A stretch of 64,000 bases of DNA, taken from Rhodocyclaceae bacterium. Lineage in GTDB: Bacteria > Pseudomonadota > Gammaproteobacteria > Burkholderiales > Rhodocyclaceae. Made by a program: the position numbers and the translations under genes. Location: NCBI GenBank assembly GCA_035565355.1, contig DATMSM010000044.1:7373-71372 (forward strand). The letters are read 5' to 3'. The notes below the pieces were generated by a model that saw only the letters and a program-made list of their open reading frames with translations, was not told the DNA's origin and searched no databases. This document shows positions 61,134 to 64,000 of this stretch, piece by piece; position 1 is the stretch's first letter, and each line of letters opens with the position of its first letter.

Positions 61134-61327
61134 TCTGCTCGTGAGATCCGTAAAAGAGGCGGCTGCACGCTTCCATAAGAAAACGGACCGCCGGGATTGG
61201 CACCTGAATTGGGCCGACGCCGCAGGCGGCAGCTATTGCCTTTTGACCGGCAATAGCTGCCGGAGCCCGGACCTGCCTCATGTGCCACACCCTGATTATT
61301 CCATGCGCAAGCCCCAAAAGTGGTACT

Positions 61328-61343
61328 TGGCACGCTAGCTGCT
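61328..61343 (+). promoter_or_regulatory. Candidate sigma-54 promoter upstream of the first flagellin gene
   Basis: TGGCACG-ctag-CTGCT has correct GG/GC spacing and lies about 40 nt upstream of the ATG. No sigma-28 motif was seen in this intergenic region. Confidence 0.4.
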
Positions 61344-61382
61344 AAAGGGCCTGGGTAGCTGTACATTGACAGGAGAGCCCTC

Positions 61383-62075
61383 ATGGCCCAGGTAATCAAC
61401 ACCAATATTGCTTCGCTGAACGCCCAGCGCAATCTCAACGGTTCGCAAGGTGCAATGAACCAGGCCATCCAGCGCCTGTCCACAGGTCTGCGCATCAACA
61501 GCGCCAAGGACGACGCCGCCGGCCTCGCAATCTCGCAACGCATGACCAGCCAGATCAACGGCTTGAACCAGGCTGCGCGCAACGCCAACGACGGTATCTC
61601 GCTGGCCCAGACCGCAGAAGGCGCCCTGTCCTCCGCCGGCGACATCCTGCAGCGCATCCGCACCCTGGCTGTTCAGTCGGCCAACGCGACCAACTCCAGC
61701 ACCGACCGCGCCTCGCTGAACGCCGAAGTCCAGCAACTGACGCAGGAACTGCAGCGCATCGCCACCAGCACCCAGTTCAACGGTCTGAACCTGCTCGACG
61801 GCAGCTTCACCACCGCCACTTTCCAGGTCGGCGCCAATGCCAACCAAACCATTACCGCCAACTCGGGCAACTTCCAGACCAGCGCCTACGGCAACTACCG
61901 TATCGGCGGTCTGGCTGCCTACAAGTCCAACGGCATCGGCGACATGACCGTCGGCACCACCAATACCTCGGGCGCAGCCGGCTACGGCGACGCCTGGCTG
62001 GCCAAGGCCGGCACCACCGACGGCAATAGCTCCGCGGTGGCTGGTGCCACCGCCGCCGGCCAGTTTACGCTGACC
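61383..62075 (+). repeat. Direct repeat copy 1 (5' ~690 bp of the flagellin gene, near-identical to 63308-64000)
   Basis: The two flagellin N-terminal regions align residue for residue with few substitutions over at least 230 codons, at an offset of 1925 bp. The antisense shadow ORFs are also duplicated. Confidence 0.85.
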
Positions 62076-63056
62076 TCGGCCACCGGTACCTACGACGTCC
62101 TGTACAACGCGGGCGCCAGCGCGGCCGACATCGCCAATGCGGTCAACCGTCTCAGCACCGGCGTGACCGCCTCGGCCATCACGCAAGCCGTGCTCGGCGG
62201 ATCGAGCGGCACTGCTGCACTTGCCCAGAACACCACCTACACCTTCCAGATCGCCAACGACTTCAATCCCGGCTCGAATCCGTCCAGCTTCACGACCGTG
62301 TCCTTCAAGGTGGGCGGCGCCGCCACCGATGGCTCGGCGGTCAACTCGGCAGAGCAACTGAATGCTGCCGTCCAGGCCTTCAATGACGCGGCCGGCCGTA
62401 GCGGCTTTACCGCCGAGGCCGTACAGACCGAAGACAATCAATGGGCCATCAAGCTGACCAGCGAAGCCGGCAAGGATTTGCGCATTGCCGCCGACAGCAG
62501 CACGGCCAACGCCGTGGCGCTCACCGACATCTCGGTGCTGGACGGCAGCACCGACACGATTGACGCCCTGGGCGTCAGCCTCAACGGCACCACAGGCGCT
62601 GCCAACGGCGACTGGGATGCAGCCGATGGCGCCTGGGTCACCGGTCGCGTAATCTTCGATTCCGACAAGTCCTTCTCGATCACGACCTCGATCGCCGACA
62701 TATTTGTGGCAGGCGCCGGCAGCTACGGCGGCCAACTACAGGCCGTCTCACAGATGGACATTTCCTCCTATGACGCCTCCTTGCGCACCATCTCGATGGT
62801 CGATTCGGCCTTGTCCTCGATCAGCAGCCAGCGTGCCCGCTACGGCGCCATGCAAGGCCGCTTCGAGAACGCCATCACCAATCTGAACGCCACGGCGGAA
62901 AACCTGACGGCCTCGCGCTCCCGTATCCTCGATACGGACTTCGCGGCCGAAACGGCCAACCTGACCCGCGCCCAGATCCTGCAGCAGGCAGGGGTTGCCA
63001 TGCTGGCACAGGCCAATGCCCTGCCCAACACCGTACTATCCTTGCTGCAGCAGTAA
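61383..63056 (+). CDS. fliC: Flagellin (557 aa)
   Basis: [18 protein letters not shown]...[20 protein letters not shown]-terminus and C-terminal [33 protein letters not shown]. Confidence 0.96.
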   Translation: MAQVINTNIASLNAQRNLNGSQGAMNQAIQRLSTGLRINSAKDDAAGLAISQRMTSQINGLNQAARNANDGISLAQTAEGALSSAGDILQRIRTLAVQSANATNSSTDRASLNAEVQQLTQELQRIATSTQFNGLNLLDGSFTTATFQVGANANQTITANSGNFQTSAYGNYRIGGLAAYKSNGIGDMTVGTTNTSGAAGYGDAWLAKAGTTDGNSSAVAGATAAGQFTLTSATGTYDVLYNAGASAADIANAVNRLSTGVTASAITQAVLGGSSGTAALAQNTTYTFQIANDFNPGSNPSSFTTVSFKVGGAATDGSAVNSAEQLNAAVQAFNDAAGRSGFTAEAVQTEDNQWAIKLTSEAGKDLRIAADSSTANAVALTDISVLDGSTDTIDALGVSLNGTTGAANGDWDAADGAWVTGRVIFDSDKSFSITTSIADIFVAGAGSYGGQLQAVSQMDISSYDASLRTISMVDSALSSISSQRARYGAMQGRFENAITNLNATAENLTASRSRILDTDFAAETANLTRAQILQQAGVAMLAQANALPNTVLSLLQQ

Positions 63057-63072
63057 GCTAAGCTACTGAAAT

Positions 63073-63107
63073 AAAAAGGGGATCTCAGCAACGAGATCCC
63101 CTTTTTT
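63073..63107 (+). terminator. Rho-independent terminator after the first flagellin gene
   Basis: Stem GGGGATCTC / GAGATCCCC followed by T6. Confidence 0.8.
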
Positions 63108-63184
63108 ACATACGGAACGCCTCCCATCGCCTGCTCTTACCCGCCCGACTCACCCGGGCCAATCAGGGAAAGATAAAAAAGTCC

Positions 63185-63211
63185 TAAAGTTCTCCTGCCG
63201 ATTGCCGCTAA
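63185..63211 (+). promoter_or_regulatory. Sigma-28 (FliA) type promoter upstream of the second flagellin gene
   Basis: TAAA-N15-GCCGCTAA compared with the consensus TAAA-N15-GCCGATAA. It lies about 95 nt upstream of the ATG. Confidence 0.6.
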
Positions 63212-63307
63212 TGGACCTGTGACAGCGGATTAGTAAGCCGCTGATCGTGTGAAGGCTGGCTTCCCCAGCCGATTTGATCTCAGCGGTAACCTGATAGGAG
63301 AGCCATC

Positions 63308-64000
63308 ATGGCATCAGTAATTAATACCAACGTTGCTTCGCTGAACGCGCAACGTAATCTGACCGGTTCGCAAGGTGCAATGAACACGGCCATTCAACGC
63401 CTGTCCACCGGCCTGCGCATCAACAGCGCCAAGGACGACGCCGCCGGCCTCGCCATTTCCGCCCGTATGACCAGCCAGATCAATGGCTTGTCGCAGGCAG
63501 CACGTAACGCCAACGATGGCATCTCGCTGGCCCAGACCGCTGAAGGCGCCCTGTCCTCCGCCGGCGACATCCTGCAGCGCATCCGCACCCTGGCTGTTCA
63601 GTCGGCCAACGGCACCAATGCCAGCACCGACCGCTCCTCGCTGAACGCCGAAGTCCAACAGCTGACGCAAGAGCTGCAGCGCATCGCCACCACCACCCAG
63701 TTCAACGGCCTGAACCTGCTCGACGGCAGCTTCACCACCGCCTCCTTCCAGGTCGGTGCCAACGCCAACCAGACCATTACCGCCAACTCCGGCAACTTCC
63801 AGACCAGCGCCTACGGCAACTACCGCATCGGCGGCCTGGCAGCCTACAAGTCCAACGGCATCGGCGACATGACCGTCGGCACCACCAACACCACCGGCGG
63901 CACCGGCGTCGGCGACGCCTGGTTGGCCAAGAATGGGACTGACGGCAATACTTCCGCCGTCGCCGGCGCAACTGCCGCCGGTGAGTTCATGCTGACCACC
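63308..64000 (+). CDS. fliC: Flagellin paralogue (3' end outside window)
   Basis: [50 protein letters not shown]. The frame is open to the window end. It is missing from the ORF track because there is no stop codon in the window. Confidence 0.93.
   Translation, partial: MASVINTNVASLNAQRNLTGSQGAMNTAIQRLSTGLRINSAKDDAAGLAISARMTSQINGLSQAARNANDGISLAQTAEGALSSAGDILQRIRTLAVQSANGTNASTDRSSLNAEVQQLTQELQRIATTTQFNGLNLLDGSFTTASFQVGANANQTITANSGNFQTSAYGNYRIGGLAAYKSNGIGDMTVGTTNTTGGTGVGDAWLAKNGTDGNTSAVAGATAAGEFMLTT
63308..64000 (+). repeat. Direct repeat copy 2 (5' part of the second flagellin gene)
   Basis: See copy 1. Similarity continues to the window edge. Confidence 0.85.

Noticed and set aside
61198-61213. 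Second sigma-54-like motif TGGCAC-ctgaa-TTGGG upstream of the first flagellin gene
   Set aside because: The -12 element reads GG instead of the near-invariant GC. The downstream motif at 61328 is a better match.

Overview
GC-rich, gene-dense bacterial chromosome segment. The conserved order thrS-infC-rpmI-rplT-pheS-pheT-ihfA-merR-tRNA-Pro and the cys and N-end-rule genes suggest a betaproteobacterium; that assignment is an inference. Most of the window is housekeeping: clpA 3' part, a CHASE/PAS hybrid histidine kinase, CYTH-CHAD/sixA, cobA, the translation cluster with tRNA-Pro(GGG) and tRNA-Val(GAC), an Fe(3+) ABC system, aat/bpt, pyrD, a tauE-cysI-DUF934-cysH-cysD-cysN sulfate assimilation operon, dsbB, nth, MoxR/VWA, an orphan GspE-type ATPase, and two tandem flagellin genes. 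The accessory part is a visibly more AT-rich block of about 19 kb (about 7.9-27.1 kb). Its minus-strand operon holds a CDP-hexose pathway (rfbF, rfbG and an E1-type rfbH with an intact Fe-S motif) plus a YerE-like ThDP enzyme, a NeuB-like synthase, an FkbM methyltransferase, an SDR, GtrA and a GtrB-like GT2. Diverging from it on the plus strand are a 612-aa polytopic membrane protein, then a sigma-54-type promoter, a 60-aa helix-only type IV prepilin, a separately encoded secreted 4-Cys protein (a Geobacter PilA-N/PilA-C-like split pilin), an ABC exporter, a 1094-aa protein made of two TPR-GT9 modules, and a methyltransferase. I read this block as a candidate pilin or secreted-protein glycosylation and export system. 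No CRISPR arrays, IS elements, integrases or prophage genes were seen. All product calls come from reading the translated ORFs by eye; no database search was run.
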